IMG/VR virus record: IMGVR_UViG_3300042355_001092
Span: 1-38,095 of that record
DNA: 38,095 nt
Reading direction: 5' to 3' (one strand)
From: a virus
Lineage: Duplodnaviria > Caudoviricetes
Part shown: positions 19,101-26,517 of the stretch, piece after piece
Numbering within the stretch: position 1 is the stretch's first letter
How the letters are laid out: every line of letters starts with the position of its first letter
Translations under genes and position numbers: made by a program
The notes under the pieces: model-generated
What the model was told of the DNA's origin: nothing
What the model saw: the letters and a program-made list of their open reading frames with translations, nothing else
The model's database searches: none

Positions 19101-19656
19101 AACCAACGCATACGCGAAAGTGGGATGGGCATTCGCTTCCGAGGCGCGGAAAAACCTCGCCCTTGCCGCATATGGGGTCGCCAATCGACCGGCGGGAGAT
19201 GCCGCCAGAACCATCGGCGGATTGATTGTCCTCAACATTCTTTTCGGGTCATTGATCCGCAACGCATGGCGGGACGCTCGGGACGAGGAAGACGATGAGT
19301 GGTTCGATGACCGCAACTGGTCAGGCAAGCGACTGCTCCTTTCCGCTTTTACCGAACCTTTCTACGGATTGCCGTTCATCGGAGCGGCAATCGAGGAAGG
19401 CGCGTATGCCGCCGCCGGTGAATACAACATGGCGGGAAATGTCCTGTCTCCCGTCCGAGCGATCCGCGCCTTGCGGAACCTGCCCGAGACCTTGAGCGGA
19501 GAACGCGAAATCGAAGACATGATGAAAGACCTCAACGGACTCATGTGGGTCATGGGTCTTTTCAACCAAAACATCGCCGCCGCAACCTCGCTTTCCAACA
19601 TTGCCGTGGACGCTTTTAGCCTCGGCAAGAACACCCAAAAAGAACTTGAAGAATAA
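10147..19656 (+). CDS. Giant polyvalent internal virion/ejection protein (3169 aa) with zincin-like, HhH-glycosylase-like and ART-PolyVal-like modules
   Basis: Single long ORF in the last-ejection-protein slot before the tail fibre. The ART motif set is clear; modules are separated by YS(V/I)R repeats. Confidence 0.85.
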   Translation: MVTQNDLLPSPMPTPIPRQDEENPLGQATPAPLPPPVPSPVPAPSPKPQDMPLDEVYDRRRNVQFTETITGQPNPFAGELDRQKTYRQELRDLSVMLSDRETLGGIAPDVVDLSESSYDPQLFKDMAVNWRATAFLLDTPVEQLKDSDYTLYKKLVAAKLGKNPPKTEQEYHQMLGEHFGKQTEMDKAVDDLNSMAVIDALNSTNYGQDFPMVRDQGRSLAAWMEKYPDLATPDRQWLLARSAGEMYQNTLRDLADVRQYAAPTFKTLVDFTRGNATPEQIDELGRNLRDLTPEQFTKVGQYVTLAAETEQIDRGAWSQLAKNLGESLSRGFDFIPQGDLQLGQAQAQGRLDAVQKDEVWVPVDSERLPVGTYQDPRTAQALPKYLQMAAFGESPDIGQEGSPAWRKATGEEKEAIRKNAEEGVKTINMVRKLRNLAKTGVDPIRPLSQGGLIGAVERGAYGLAGSIPLMGAVAVNPFLGVLAYQSQEFDRIMLENEGMDIRAAQGLALFEGGLNAAIDAFQISALMGKAKIFGGVLKGMQGRGVANYLKRAGVIQLEQFTQENIQDLIAPVTEYFASALREDMPDQDFVAEMREYWETRPEVFFAVLPLALIGGGFASSSDLKNITTTMTRERLRGAGLRDEKIDYIFASADKAEFDARLQEAWGARTPEDIQSGVDYLNEQLGQLQQTNLDHKLSVDRKADGTPEWIVTDTTGAEVGRFADYDAAVEVVSQNVAANLQNEKGTTAELLNFASKILQNPSISMDEKPVSVAQEMERMQGIGDEKGLQNLMNRLKFGDLQGKDPNKLFILGETTIEQVKDGVYRAVIKLKENASPLDALEEINHGFFKTAVANGVYTFDQYKTWLEQTEKATGKTLKRDSEMDIIESLSRVTEDYILGRIDDTSMPKSFVDYIKRIAQIFKEAVLRYLKMEEAFAKGEIDTDFKTALEQSLGIDSQVRLDRIRDETAASVDPNLSVRDTSEDQDDRAYDPATESGDPAPDVTPDQIDPDKQKGKEWKDIPWTDDWNYSVRVLPTSFVPMDAKLFAKIKKESGGIIRSVFIDRMKAGGEYLGIPLQGGMGFPTIVENLKAGVGWAFNSRSTARALYNRAMDSGGYLALSIMVEGNVIGNKSFAMMWFEQLRQNIAAGKLTNAKALAELNRVREKYVTKKTDATRHTDIQKKDKNGKLKFNKDGSPVFEKEKIQATDAEGNLLFTRKGNPAWVKTDKKFTGHSTPWKSLAEAEKAIVGMPQGKRGSAYFKKTFNKKKNQADYQELLTKTNTKAGFPDAVNMVKDVEEPSFAGLPAQTIVGIIKIEKVPEGTDPAMTAKQLGVPEHKSYGFILKGKPVARMMKFRTLAEVKPSIAKEMMTQDNERWKMDDLIAYSVRETKKDADEIKRIVSKMSADQIRTALEQTKLTPTPRMVAMLGEFPEYLQPIVEYMVAKRSALVEGKVSPRDVAKAYWMTIASIGADAINVSTIAAKAAQHGIDFNPSPIFLTTGADGQPQMRPEELAAYWLGTPEGQRALDNVEKGNFDAQDFESGLLLRDAFGRNDLRERYVVSGKAKKGSEFTIEVEGKAVAVEATDKGTWSFSLPALDTPVTLPEGVTEVRRTHTSGGVGMPKRKNVNLTNLLEFTNRINESKGDPKKLEKAVTSAVGIGEGKKGFISHFLGFGEWSTIDAVELNIWLAGVGDTSQASEKQKMIAAIAKKASGSTATSRDLFARIRSAILGLRTKAKGGDKIPAEVAPHIIHHWIWDAAKNIQTTHEGLYYAMQNYSVREITPQQDADYLAAVERGDMETAQRMVDEAARAAGYGIKGFHGTLSEELRNNTFDDEDAPYRGGLVAFFAEDRKFAEEYAKNGGKIIEAHLRLQNPLDFRNKQLIKEAVTDFYAQTGGITASEDIHRLELGDGKDVNDDNEFSIYPADLFEKALLEGRWDAFEASEFTEWVNQQGHDGIVMKENDSITFAVYDPTQIKSADPITRDKQGNVIPLSQRFDQTTGNINYSVRETPFTKQNAVKNREILAKRFEGFAPQVGVSGLQYGWQRPSDGKFIRVSQHYYFWRTDDGEILGDPNGVGYLRIAKSGNVLMYQGDANPRQLKELKDTAIEEGLELLRDPSETSYSIRDQEEIDRVAAELDKVNRGPEGRLAVYQRAKARFLQLMQDNKAALDAIKSAAVTDPAPAIEKLEEDRAGRLADIETEQIAEVESALQDNAVQFATRIDEAIDPEDKAQLKSDARDRAKILEKGIREKYSERKKLVEQEIAAEKRKVSEVSESRRVASNAVYRERVKYEKLAQAVAELDGLLKVLPKEVIGKVGGFATLANIGTGEKALADFFVKRVEMVDAQLERYLNKEYDQELDKIFERAKPKKAKAGEKPKGIGAEIQNLFAILKEARDFNAREVSAHLAGIDDKLATGELTAEEEAALKQEAALVTLVGNWKPKYQGYTDPTTGKTGYTKVDNGADSNRRAAAVEALRETWARGFAEYRAREIAKRQQREADQQEAILSTGKKGDINKRKEKQLADAGLGAKFRNALFNLVSWDQFTGLLFGNNSAVANRVSDLQRRADNQKEDAIQIKTEAIESLFTRLAGGKRLDGEKLRWEMSQMSMKVDGLPLSELEGLTATMMWMQADGKRHMEGRFDENGNRTSAWGYTQAFIDKIEGALSNEAKEVRQFLLDNYDREYQRINAVYRQLNGIDLPRIQFYSPLLVAPQNAPQGMINDPVTGNAISAASTSPGALRTRGNAIAEPQFRDALQTFIAHTKQMEHWMAYAPILAEVNGVLRNREVQSAIEEKGGIEAKKVLNLWLDLFAQGGNRDASNQLDLSQQITGMAGRGAQMALVGRLGTLLIQSTQLGAAIAEMPTGSYVVRLSKLLTGNLGWGEALNSPYVQRRIREMPPVVQQALEGLAATQPNRLKYEVARIGRLISGADGLMTAGTFAIVFDYHFAQAKKMGFGEADARAYARNVAERATDRIAQPTRMGARSIFELTQTNAYAKVGWAFASEARKNLALAAYGVANRPAGDAARTIGGLIVLNILFGSLIRNAWRDARDEEDDEWFDDRNWSGKRLLLSAFTEPFYGLPFIGAAIEEGAYAAAGEYNMAGNVLSPVRAIRALRNLPETLSGEREIEDMMKDLNGLMWVMGLFNQNIAAATSLSNIAVDAFSLGKNTQKELEE

Positions 19657-19692
19657 CCAAAATAACCTTTGCGCCTTGCTCGTTTTGGGCTA

Positions 19693-19706
19693 GGTGTACG
19701 CACACC
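19693..19706. promoter_or_regulatory. Operator-like palindrome GGTGT-N4-ACACC upstream of the tail fibre gene
   Basis: GGTGTACGCACACC, 5 nt before ATG 19712, identical to 2600-2613. Confidence 0.7.
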
Positions 19707-19711
19707 CACTA

Positions 19712-21910
19712 ATGGCAGTCGCGACCACCACTTCCACGATCTCTTACACCGGAACCAACACGGGCAACCAGTCATGCCCGATTCCGTTTATATTCTACAA
19801 CGAGACAGACATCGTTGTTGAACTGATACCCGCTACGGGAACCGCATCAACACTCGTGCTGAACACCAACTATGTTCTGACAGGAACCGGCAATCCCTCG
19901 GGCGGAACGGCGGTGATTGTGTCGCCTGTGCCGGTGACTACGAAGATCGTCATTTCGCGGAGCGTCCCTGCCACTCAAGAGACTTCGTTTCAGACCGGCG
20001 ACCGATTCCCCGCCTCGGTGATGGAACGCGCCCTCGACAAACTCACGATGCTCGTCCAGCAGTTCCTCCGCGCAAGCAACCGGACCCTTCGTTTCGGACC
20101 CGCATCTCCCGAGCAAGCAGAACTAGCTCCAATTCCTCTATCCGGTCAATATGTCCTTGGCGTTTCACAAGGAAACCTTGGGTGGCAAACCCCGCCAACT
20201 GTTGTGCTAGCAGACGGGGCGGTCACTAACGCCAAAATCGCCGATGGCGCGATCACCTCGGCGAAGATCGCGGCGGGAGTCAGTCTTGTTCCCGATGGGT
20301 CCATCACTAACATAAAACTCGCGCCCAACTCGGTCACCTCGGCGAACATTGCACCAGGCACAATCGTGGACACCGATGTCGCCGATAACTCGGTGACCGA
20401 TGCAAAGCTATCCAACTCGGGCGCGACTGCTGGATCATACCCGCTTTCGACCGACATCAATCGCATTCCGAGGCTAACCATCAACACCAAAGGGCGCGTG
20501 ACCGCCGCCACAACAGATGAGGTTCGTCAATATGTGAGGGTTGAATCCTTCGCCGATGCTAATACCGGTGAAGTGGGATACCAGCCATTCCTTAACGGGT
20601 CTATTTTTCTCGACTCAAAAGGCAATCTCCGAGCCGCAGGGGTCAACACAAGTTCCCGCATGGGCGTGGGAGTTGACAACCTTGCGACCAATGGACCCTG
20701 CTTTGTCACCATTCCCTTTGCGCCAACCGATGCCGGTGAGGTGATCAGTAAATTTTGGGTCACCGAGAACAATATATTTGTGCTTTCCAGCACCGGCAAA
20801 CTCTATGGGTGCGGAGTAAATGGCAGAGGGCAATTAGGAGTTGGGGATGTGCTGGCAAGGAGTGTGCTGACTCGGATTGGCACTCTGGCAAGCATTGTTG
20901 ATTTTTCAGTCTCTCAAGCATCGGCGGATGACACGATTCATTGCCTCGCCGTGACTAGCTCCGGTCAATTGTGGGCATGGGGATACAATGGCTATGGGGG
21001 ACTCGGGAACGGAAACACCACACAACAAAACTCACCCGTTCAAATCACGACCAATTTGAGCGGCAGAACAATTTCTAAATGCTATGCATTCGGCGGCGAA
21101 GCGGCATTCAGTTTTATCATCGATTCGACCGGTGATGTCTTTTCTTCTGGATACAACGGATTCGGTCAACTCGGTCTTGGAGACAACACCAACCGCAACA
21201 CTTTTACTCAAGTCCCCACCCTCAAAGGGGATCGCATCTACGGAGTTGGGGGAGTAAATGCCGCCGTTAACGCATATAGGCGAGGGTCTGTATTCATTGT
21301 GCGAAATGGCTCGGTGTGGGCAACCGGAAGCAATGTTGCTGGAACTCTCGGATACGGGGACACCACCGACAAAAACGGATTTGTCCAGTTGTCGATTAGT
21401 AATGTCGTGTCGATTGCGGCAAGTTGCGAATATGCCGCGAATGGTAGTGGCGTTTGCGCCCTGCTTTCAAACGGGTCGATTCGCGTGTGGGGCAACAATA
21501 GTGCTGGCATGATCGGCATGGGCGCGGCGGCGAGTCAATTGACCCCTGTGCAACCGAGTGAAACCACCGGCATCACTTTTTCCAAAGCGCAATTCATCGG
21601 GTCTCAAAATACTGGCGGCAACCTCGCTTTGCTGGATACCTCGGGGCGCATTTGGGTGACCGGTTACAGAGGCAGAATTCTTGGTCAAGGAGGGGCAATA
21701 GGAGTTGACCAACTTACTCTTCAACGGGTCAGAGCATCTGGCGTTTCCTTTAACGATTTCCGCATCTACGGAGTTGGAGGAGCAACCGGACCAACCATTC
21801 TTGCCAAAACCACGACCGGAGAACTTTGGGCGTGGGGCAACAACAGTAATTTCCAATGCGGTATCGGCGCAGGGGCAAACATTTCCGTTCCGCAACTGAT
21901 TACAATATGA
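19712..21910 (+). CDS. Tail fibre: T7-type N-terminal anchor, DGAVT.AKIA repeats, C-terminal RCC1/BLIP-II-like beta-propeller
   Basis: F.F....DI.V and ERALDKLTM..QQ anchor motifs; repeated GxLWAWGxNxxGQLGxG units. Confidence 0.85.
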   Translation: MAVATTTSTISYTGTNTGNQSCPIPFIFYNETDIVVELIPATGTASTLVLNTNYVLTGTGNPSGGTAVIVSPVPVTTKIVISRSVPATQETSFQTGDRFPASVMERALDKLTMLVQQFLRASNRTLRFGPASPEQAELAPIPLSGQYVLGVSQGNLGWQTPPTVVLADGAVTNAKIADGAITSAKIAAGVSLVPDGSITNIKLAPNSVTSANIAPGTIVDTDVADNSVTDAKLSNSGATAGSYPLSTDINRIPRLTINTKGRVTAATTDEVRQYVRVESFADANTGEVGYQPFLNGSIFLDSKGNLRAAGVNTSSRMGVGVDNLATNGPCFVTIPFAPTDAGEVISKFWVTENNIFVLSSTGKLYGCGVNGRGQLGVGDVLARSVLTRIGTLASIVDFSVSQASADDTIHCLAVTSSGQLWAWGYNGYGGLGNGNTTQQNSPVQITTNLSGRTISKCYAFGGEAAFSFIIDSTGDVFSSGYNGFGQLGLGDNTNRNTFTQVPTLKGDRIYGVGGVNAAVNAYRRGSVFIVRNGSVWATGSNVAGTLGYGDTTDKNGFVQLSISNVVSIAASCEYAANGSGVCALLSNGSIRVWGNNSAGMIGMGAAASQLTPVQPSETTGITFSKAQFIGSQNTGGNLALLDTSGRIWVTGYRGRILGQGGAIGVDQLTLQRVRASGVSFNDFRIYGVGGATGPTILAKTTTGELWAWGNNSNFQCGIGAGANISVPQLITI

Positions 21911-22047
21911 CCCTCGAAACCACCAGATCGGTCACCGGCACGATGCGTTGCGACACTCGACTCGAAATGGTGGCGCAACCTGTGCCGACCCTTTGGGCGC
22001 GGATCAAGACTTTCATTGTTTCAACCTTCACCACTAAACGCAAATGA
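21907..22047 (+). CDS. Small hypothetical protein (46 aa)
   Basis: ATG overlaps the tail fibre stop (ATGA). Confidence 0.35.
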   Translation: MTLETTRSVTGTMRCDTRLEMVAQPVPTLWARIKTFIVSTFTTKRK

Positions 22048-22144
22048 CCATCTCCACCTTTTTCCAAGGCACTCAAAACACCAACCTCACAACCCGTGAC
22101 CAGAGGGGCAACCTCTCTGATACCACCCAACGATCCTCCTAATT

Positions 22145-22444
22145 ATGCCCGTCTTTTCCGAAAACTCCGCGCCGGTCACACCGGCGACAACTCTCACCAT
22201 CACGGCGGCGAACGCCTCCCAACAGGTCTTCGCCAACCAGAAGCGTAGCTACCTGCTCGTCCAAAACAACTCGGACACCGATATGTGGCTCGGCATTGGT
22301 TCGACCCCATTGGTTGGAACCGGCATTCGCCTTCTCGCCAATGGCGGCGGGTATGTAGCCGAGGACGGGTTCATCCCGAGCGGGGAGGTCAACATCATTT
22401 GCTCGGTCGCGGGGAAATCTTTTTACGCACTTCAAGGAGGCTAA
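22145..22444 (+). CDS. Small beta-rich virion/decoration-type protein
   Basis: AN..RSYLLVQNNS...MW.G pattern of small beta-sandwich phage proteins. Confidence 0.6.
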   Translation: MPVFSENSAPVTPATTLTITAANASQQVFANQKRSYLLVQNNSDTDMWLGIGSTPLVGTGIRLLANGGGYVAEDGFIPSGEVNIICSVAGKSFYALQGG

Positions 22445-22447
22445 TTT

Positions 22448-23413
22448 ATGGGACTATTTGGACCTACAGGAGGAGGCGGTGGTGCAAATGCTGAACAAAC
22501 CACCAACAAAAATCAACCCAATGGGTATGCAGGGCTTGACGCTAACACTCTAGTCGCGCCTGCCCAATTGCCTCTCGCAACGACATCGACTCGCGGAGCA
22601 ATGTCTGGGGTAGATAAATCCAATCTTAACCAATACGGCACGACAGCAGGACCGGTTACCATACAAAGTTGGTCAATTGTAAACGCGTTGCTGACTATAA
22701 ACACCGGATTGGTTGCTCATCAACTTGTTCCAGGCAATCATTTTGAAGTGCAAGGTGGAGGATTGACTGGATCGTATATTGTTTCCTCGACTCCAACAGT
22801 CTCGCAAATTCTAGTGGCGTTTGTTCCATTGTCAAACAATACCGGTACGGGCGGAACTATTTTTCGGGGTGGAAGAATGCCAAGTGACTACACTCGCAAA
22901 TTGACCGGCATACAAGAAGGGGCGCAGGTCAATGTTAAACCCGACTGGAACGCCGCGAGCGGATCGGAGACCGAAATTCTAAACAAACCCGCCTTCCCAT
23001 TGTCGCCTATACTTCTTGGGCATGGGGCATTCAGTTATGCGGCGGGAGGCAATACGCGATTTTTCGCGCAAATTTTTGATTTGTCCGCCGTTACAACGGC
23101 GGTCGAAAGAAATTTTCGAGTGCCACAAGGTTGCACGATTCGGGCGGCAATTTTTGCTTCTTACATCGGAGGAACTGCTTCCGCAGGTCACTCTGGCGGA
23201 ACTTTGCGGATAAGGAATAAAACCACAAACACCACGCAAGACATTTTGACTTACGATTTAGACGGCATTTTGTCGGGAGAACTCGGGACTTTTACGACAA
23301 ACAGCATATCGATCAATCTTTTTGCGGGGAGTGATTATGTAATCGAAATGGAAACCGGAACTTTTACAACTGCTCCAACATCCGTTCGCCAAATGCTGAC
23401 CATTTACTACTGA
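22448..23413 (+). CDS. Second fibre/receptor-binding-like structural protein
   Basis: KNQPNGYAGLD, LATT...GAMS..DK and KL.GIQEGAQVNV.PDWNA.SG...ILNKP fibre repeats; AT-richer DNA. Confidence 0.7.
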   Translation: MGLFGPTGGGGGANAEQTTNKNQPNGYAGLDANTLVAPAQLPLATTSTRGAMSGVDKSNLNQYGTTAGPVTIQSWSIVNALLTINTGLVAHQLVPGNHFEVQGGGLTGSYIVSSTPTVSQILVAFVPLSNNTGTGGTIFRGGRMPSDYTRKLTGIQEGAQVNVKPDWNAASGSETEILNKPAFPLSPILLGHGAFSYAAGGNTRFFAQIFDLSAVTTAVERNFRVPQGCTIRAAIFASYIGGTASAGHSGGTLRIRNKTTNTTQDILTYDLDGILSGELGTFTTNSISINLFAGSDYVIEMETGTFTTAPTSVRQMLTIYY

Positions 23414-23416
23414 CCA

Positions 23417-23782
23417 ATGAAAATCATCGAGGAATATACCTTTTTCAACTCTGTCACCGACCAGGAGCAGACGCAAAAACGCATCGTCACAATCGGACCC
23501 AATGGAGAACGATTGGATGAAGAGGATTTCAATGGTTGCACCGCCGAGGAGTGGCTCGGCATCGAAGGCTACACGGCGATCCGCCTTGTCGCCCTTCTGG
23601 ATTTGGAAGGCAAACTTGCCGCCGCCGGTAAGACCTCGGCGAAACTTGCCGCCGTCCGGTTATGGATGAATGGAGTGCTTGCCACTTATGTGACTGATCC
23701 CAACCCGAAATCCGATTGGACCCCTGCTCCTTTTGGTTTCGAGGAAACATCCGCCGAGGCATTCGCCGCACTCGCTACATGA
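23417..23782 (+). CDS. Hypothetical protein, possible fibre chaperone
   Basis: Tightly packed after the fibre-like gene. Confidence 0.6.
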   Translation: MKIIEEYTFFNSVTDQEQTQKRIVTIGPNGERLDEEDFNGCTAEEWLGIEGYTAIRLVALLDLEGKLAAAGKTSAKLAAVRLWMNGVLATYVTDPNPKSDWTPAPFGFEETSAEAFAALAT

Positions 23783-24063
23783 ACGAAGAGGTTCTGAACT
23801 CCATTTCCTATGCGGCGCAACAATCAGATCGATGGATGTTTGTTGCCCTGCTGTTCATCGGGGTTGCTTTTTCAACCTTTTTGTTCCGCTACTTTGCGTC
23901 CGAGGTGAAAAGCATCCGAGGTGAAATGCGCGACCAGAACGAAGAATTTATTGCCCACTTGAAACTCGCGAACAAAGAAATCACCGAGTTGGTCAAAACG
24001 GCACATGAAACCATTTCGAGAAATTCTGTGGTTATGGAACGGGTCGAAAGGAAACTTCAATGA
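23779..24063 (+). CDS. Membrane protein with one TM helix and a coiled coil (holin-like or i-spanin-like)
   Basis: ATGA overlap with the upstream gene; WMFVALLFIGVAFSTFLFRYF TM segment followed by heptads. Confidence 0.65.
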   Translation: MNEEVLNSISYAAQQSDRWMFVALLFIGVAFSTFLFRYFASEVKSIRGEMRDQNEEFIAHLKLANKEITELVKTAHETISRNSVVMERVERKLQ

Positions 24064-24227
24064 AACCCAAGAAGATCGCCGCATTTCTCGTTACTTTAGT
24101 TTTCGCCGTCCTCGGCACACTTCTGCTTTCTTCATGCGCGGGTGTGGGTACACCCCGCCTCACGCTCGAAACCCAATATGGGCGGTTCTCCTACGAACTC
24201 CCCGAAATGAAAGGACTCAAAAAATGA
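24060..24227 (+). CDS. Small lipoprotein (55 aa), o-spanin candidate; absent from the ORF track
   Basis: MKPKKIAAFLVTLVFAVLGTLLLSS-C signal peptide with lipobox; ATGA overlaps at both ends. Confidence 0.7.
   Translation: MKPKKIAAFLVTLVFAVLGTLLLSSCAGVGTPRLTLETQYGRFSYELPEMKGLKK
24141..24154. promoter_or_regulatory. Operator-like palindrome GGTGT-N4-ACACC in the lysis cassette
   Basis: GGTGTGGGTACACC, about 70 nt upstream of the holin ATG. Confidence 0.55.
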
Positions 24228-24388
24228 ACTGGAAAACTACCACCCTCGGCATCCTCACCATCCTCGGAAGTGTAGCTTCAATCGGCAAAGGCATCCTTGC
24301 CGGTGAACCCGTGGACTTCGCGTTCCACCTCGCCGCCATCACCGCCGGTCTTGGTTTGGTTGTAGCTCGGGATGCTTCCTCCAAATAG
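24224..24388 (+). CDS. Holin (two TM helices, 54 aa)
   Basis: MNWKTT.LG...GLGL..ARD pattern, directly upstream of the endolysin. Confidence 0.75.
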   Translation: MNWKTTTLGILTILGSVASIGKGILAGEPVDFAFHLAAITAGLGLVVARDASSK

Positions 24389-24911
24389 ACCTCGCCTCGC
24401 CTCATCCGAGGTCGAGAAGATCATCCGCCGCCACAAGGTCGCCGCGCCGGTGGTGGTGGTTGGGATTCGCGGGTATTACCGCACGACTATGGGCGATCCG
24501 ACCAAGAACGACCGAGGCATCTACGACGATGCTATTTTTGTCTGGTCCCTCTCGCCGGTAGTCGCGGCATTCAACGGGAACACCGACCCGAGCCGGTTCC
24601 GCACCGGCGTTGCTACCCTTGTCGAAGGCATCCACAACTACCGGCGCGGGATGCACGGGATTTCGCGAGGAACCCCGTATCCTGCTTTTCGACCGGCTAC
24701 CAAGGGCGAAGCCTTGCCGGTGCGTCGAGACGGGCAGGAAGGGCTTTCTGACGGCATAGCCATAAACATCCATCGCGGCGGTCGCGGCTCGACTTCCTCG
24801 GAAGGATGCCAGACGATCCCCCCCGCCCAATGGGACGCTTTCTATAGCCTCCTTGACGGCGAGATGAAGCGGCACAAGGTCACGACCTTTCCCTACATTT
24901 TGACCTCGTAG
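24372..24911 (+). CDS. Endolysin, L,D-transpeptidase (YkuD)-like
   Basis: VGIRGYY, YDDA, TDP, INIH.GG...SSEGCQ (His...SxGC catalytic motif). Confidence 0.8.
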   Translation: MLPPNRPRLASSEVEKIIRRHKVAAPVVVVGIRGYYRTTMGDPTKNDRGIYDDAIFVWSLSPVVAAFNGNTDPSRFRTGVATLVEGIHNYRRGMHGISRGTPYPAFRPATKGEALPVRRDGQEGLSDGIAINIHRGGRGSTSSEGCQTIPPAQWDAFYSLLDGEMKRHKVTTFPYILTS

Positions 24912-24940
24912 TCCCCTCGGATTCGTACTTTTTCAAAGGG

Positions 24941-25150
24941 AAGTGTCACCACGGGGATTTCCGGTGACATTTTAACTCTGTCCAGAGGTGGGTTCAAATC
25001 CCACCAGCCCGACCACTTTTTGGCATTCGCCAGAGTGACCCGCGAGACCCGCGAACCCGCATGAATACAGAGACGGCGGGGTTCCGCCATGCTCTGGCGC
25101 GACATGGCGCGAATTGACAAAAACTGGCAAAGTGTCACCATCGTGTCACC
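24941..25150. repeat. Integrase arm-type site candidates (TGTCACC)
   Basis: AAGTGTCACCA at 24941-24951 and 25130-25140, GTGTCACC at 25143-25150, inverted GGTGACAT at 24963-24970; two copies on each side of the att core. Confidence 0.65.
24988..25015 (+). other. attP core = 3' end of a tRNA-Pro (T arm, acceptor 3' strand, CCA)
   Basis: GTGGG-TTCAAAT-CCCAC-CAGCCCG-A-CCA. The CCG-A-CCA end is characteristic of bacterial tRNA-Pro. Lies about 140 nt upstream of the integrase. Confidence 0.85.
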
Positions 25151-25153
25151 GCC

Positions 25154-26164
25154 ATGAGTACCCTCCCCAAGTACCGACTGCTCTCCCCAAAATTCGACAA
25201 CGGCAAAGACCGGTGGGTGGTGGACATTCCTCGGTCCCTCCACGGGAAAAGATCGCGAAGATTTTTCCGCACCGAGGCGGAAGCACTCCGCGCCTCGGGC
25301 GAGATCGCCATCGCCCATTCCCTTGGGGGCGACATGACCGGCAAACGGCGCGGAGACACGCTACGAGACTATGCCGCCGAGTTTCTCGCCGAGAAAAAAT
25401 CGGATGTGAAGAAGGACACATACCGGCAACTCGCATGGGGAACGGCGTTGCTGGTCGAGCGATTCGGGGGGATCGCGCCGGTCGAGCTTACCGAGCAGAT
25501 CGCCCGACGATGGATCGACACGCTCGATCTCTCCACCCGTGGGAAGTTCAATGTCTTCGCCGTCTGCAAATCCTTTTACCGGTGGCACGGCATTCGGGGC
25601 GTTTGCCGCGACAATCCTTTTTACTCCGCACCGGCACGGGAGGACGAGGACTACAGGGTCGCGATCCTCACTCCCGAGCAGATGGCACTCCTGCTCAAAG
25701 CGGAGTTCCCTCAATGGTTCCGCACCTACCTTGTGTGCGGCGGGTTCGCCGGTCTCCGCACCATCGAAATGATTCGCATGGGTCACTCGGCGGTGGATTG
25801 GCAGTATAACGAAATCTTGGTCCGCAAAGCGGACGCAAAACAGGGAGAGGCGGCGAGACCTCGGAGTGTTCACATTCTCCCTGCTTTCGAGCGGCACATG
25901 ATCCGAGACGCATCGGGACTGCTTCTGGAGGGCTACACCGAGAAACGAATGAGGAAGTGCCTGGGCATCGCTTGCAAAATTTTGAAGGTGGACCGGTGGC
26001 TCAAGAACTCTCTCCGACACTCATTCGCAAGCTACCACCTCGCGCATTTTCGCGATGCCGCGAAGACCGCATTTGAACTCGGGCATGAGTCGCCGAAACT
26101 GCTCTACAAAACCTACGCGAATCTCGTCTCCCGCCGTGATGCGGAAAAGTGGTGGAACCTGTAG
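25154..26164 (+). CDS. int: Tyrosine integrase
   Basis: AGLR..E, K, N.LRHSFASYH, LGH and catalytic Y (KTYAN); N-terminal arm-binding beta domain. Confidence 0.95.
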   Translation: MSTLPKYRLLSPKFDNGKDRWVVDIPRSLHGKRSRRFFRTEAEALRASGEIAIAHSLGGDMTGKRRGDTLRDYAAEFLAEKKSDVKKDTYRQLAWGTALLVERFGGIAPVELTEQIARRWIDTLDLSTRGKFNVFAVCKSFYRWHGIRGVCRDNPFYSAPAREDEDYRVAILTPEQMALLLKAEFPQWFRTYLVCGGFAGLRTIEMIRMGHSAVDWQYNEILVRKADAKQGEAARPRSVHILPAFERHMIRDASGLLLEGYTEKRMRKCLGIACKILKVDRWLKNSLRHSFASYHLAHFRDAAKTAFELGHESPKLLYKTYANLVSRRDAEKWWNL

Positions 26165-26194
26165 ACCCGCATGAATACTGGTTCCGCGACCCGC

Positions 26195-26244
26195 AAAAAT
26201 AATTTGAAAAAAAGCATTGACGATATTCAAGTGTGCTGTAGATT
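26195..26244 (+). promoter_or_regulatory. Sigma70-type early promoter candidate
   Basis: A-tract UP element, TTGACG (26217-26222), 16-nt spacer, TAGATT (26239-26244). Confidence 0.6.
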
Positions 26245-26289
26245 GGTCGCAGATTCGGAATGAATCCGAGTCGAAACCAAACCAACAAA

Positions 26290-26499
26290 ATGAAAATCCA
26301 AATGCTCAACCTGACCCCATCAAAACCCAAAACCACACTCTACGCCGTGTTCTCTGACGGGACTCGCGTTTCCATGAAACTGAACAAATTTTCCAAAAGC
26401 TACCGGTATAGCAAAGACAGCACCCAGTCCGCCTACCCGCTTGCTTACGCGAAAGAACGCGCCGTGGAGGAAGGTGCGGTTCGTTTTGAAAGAATCTGA
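26290..26499 (+). CDS. Early hypothetical protein
   Basis: First ORF after the promoter, with an A/C-rich initiation region. Confidence 0.6.
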   Translation: MKIQMLNLTPSKPKTTLYAVFSDGTRVSMKLNKFSKSYRYSKDSTQSAYPLAYAKERAVEEGAVRFERI

Positions 26500-26517
26500 A
26501 TTCAAAAAAACGCGACC

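Noticed and set aside
20200-20410. Tandem repeats as a DNA-level array
   Set aside because: They are degenerate DGAVT.AKIA peptide repeats of the fibre shaft.
19712-23413. Diversity-generating retroelement, expected from the BPP-1-like architecture
   Set aside because: No reverse transcriptase ORF, and I saw no TR/VR repeat pair differing at adenines.
24940-25015. Complete tRNA gene
   Set aside because: Only the T arm and 3' acceptor strand are present; no upstream CGGGCTG 5' strand, D arm or anticodon arm.
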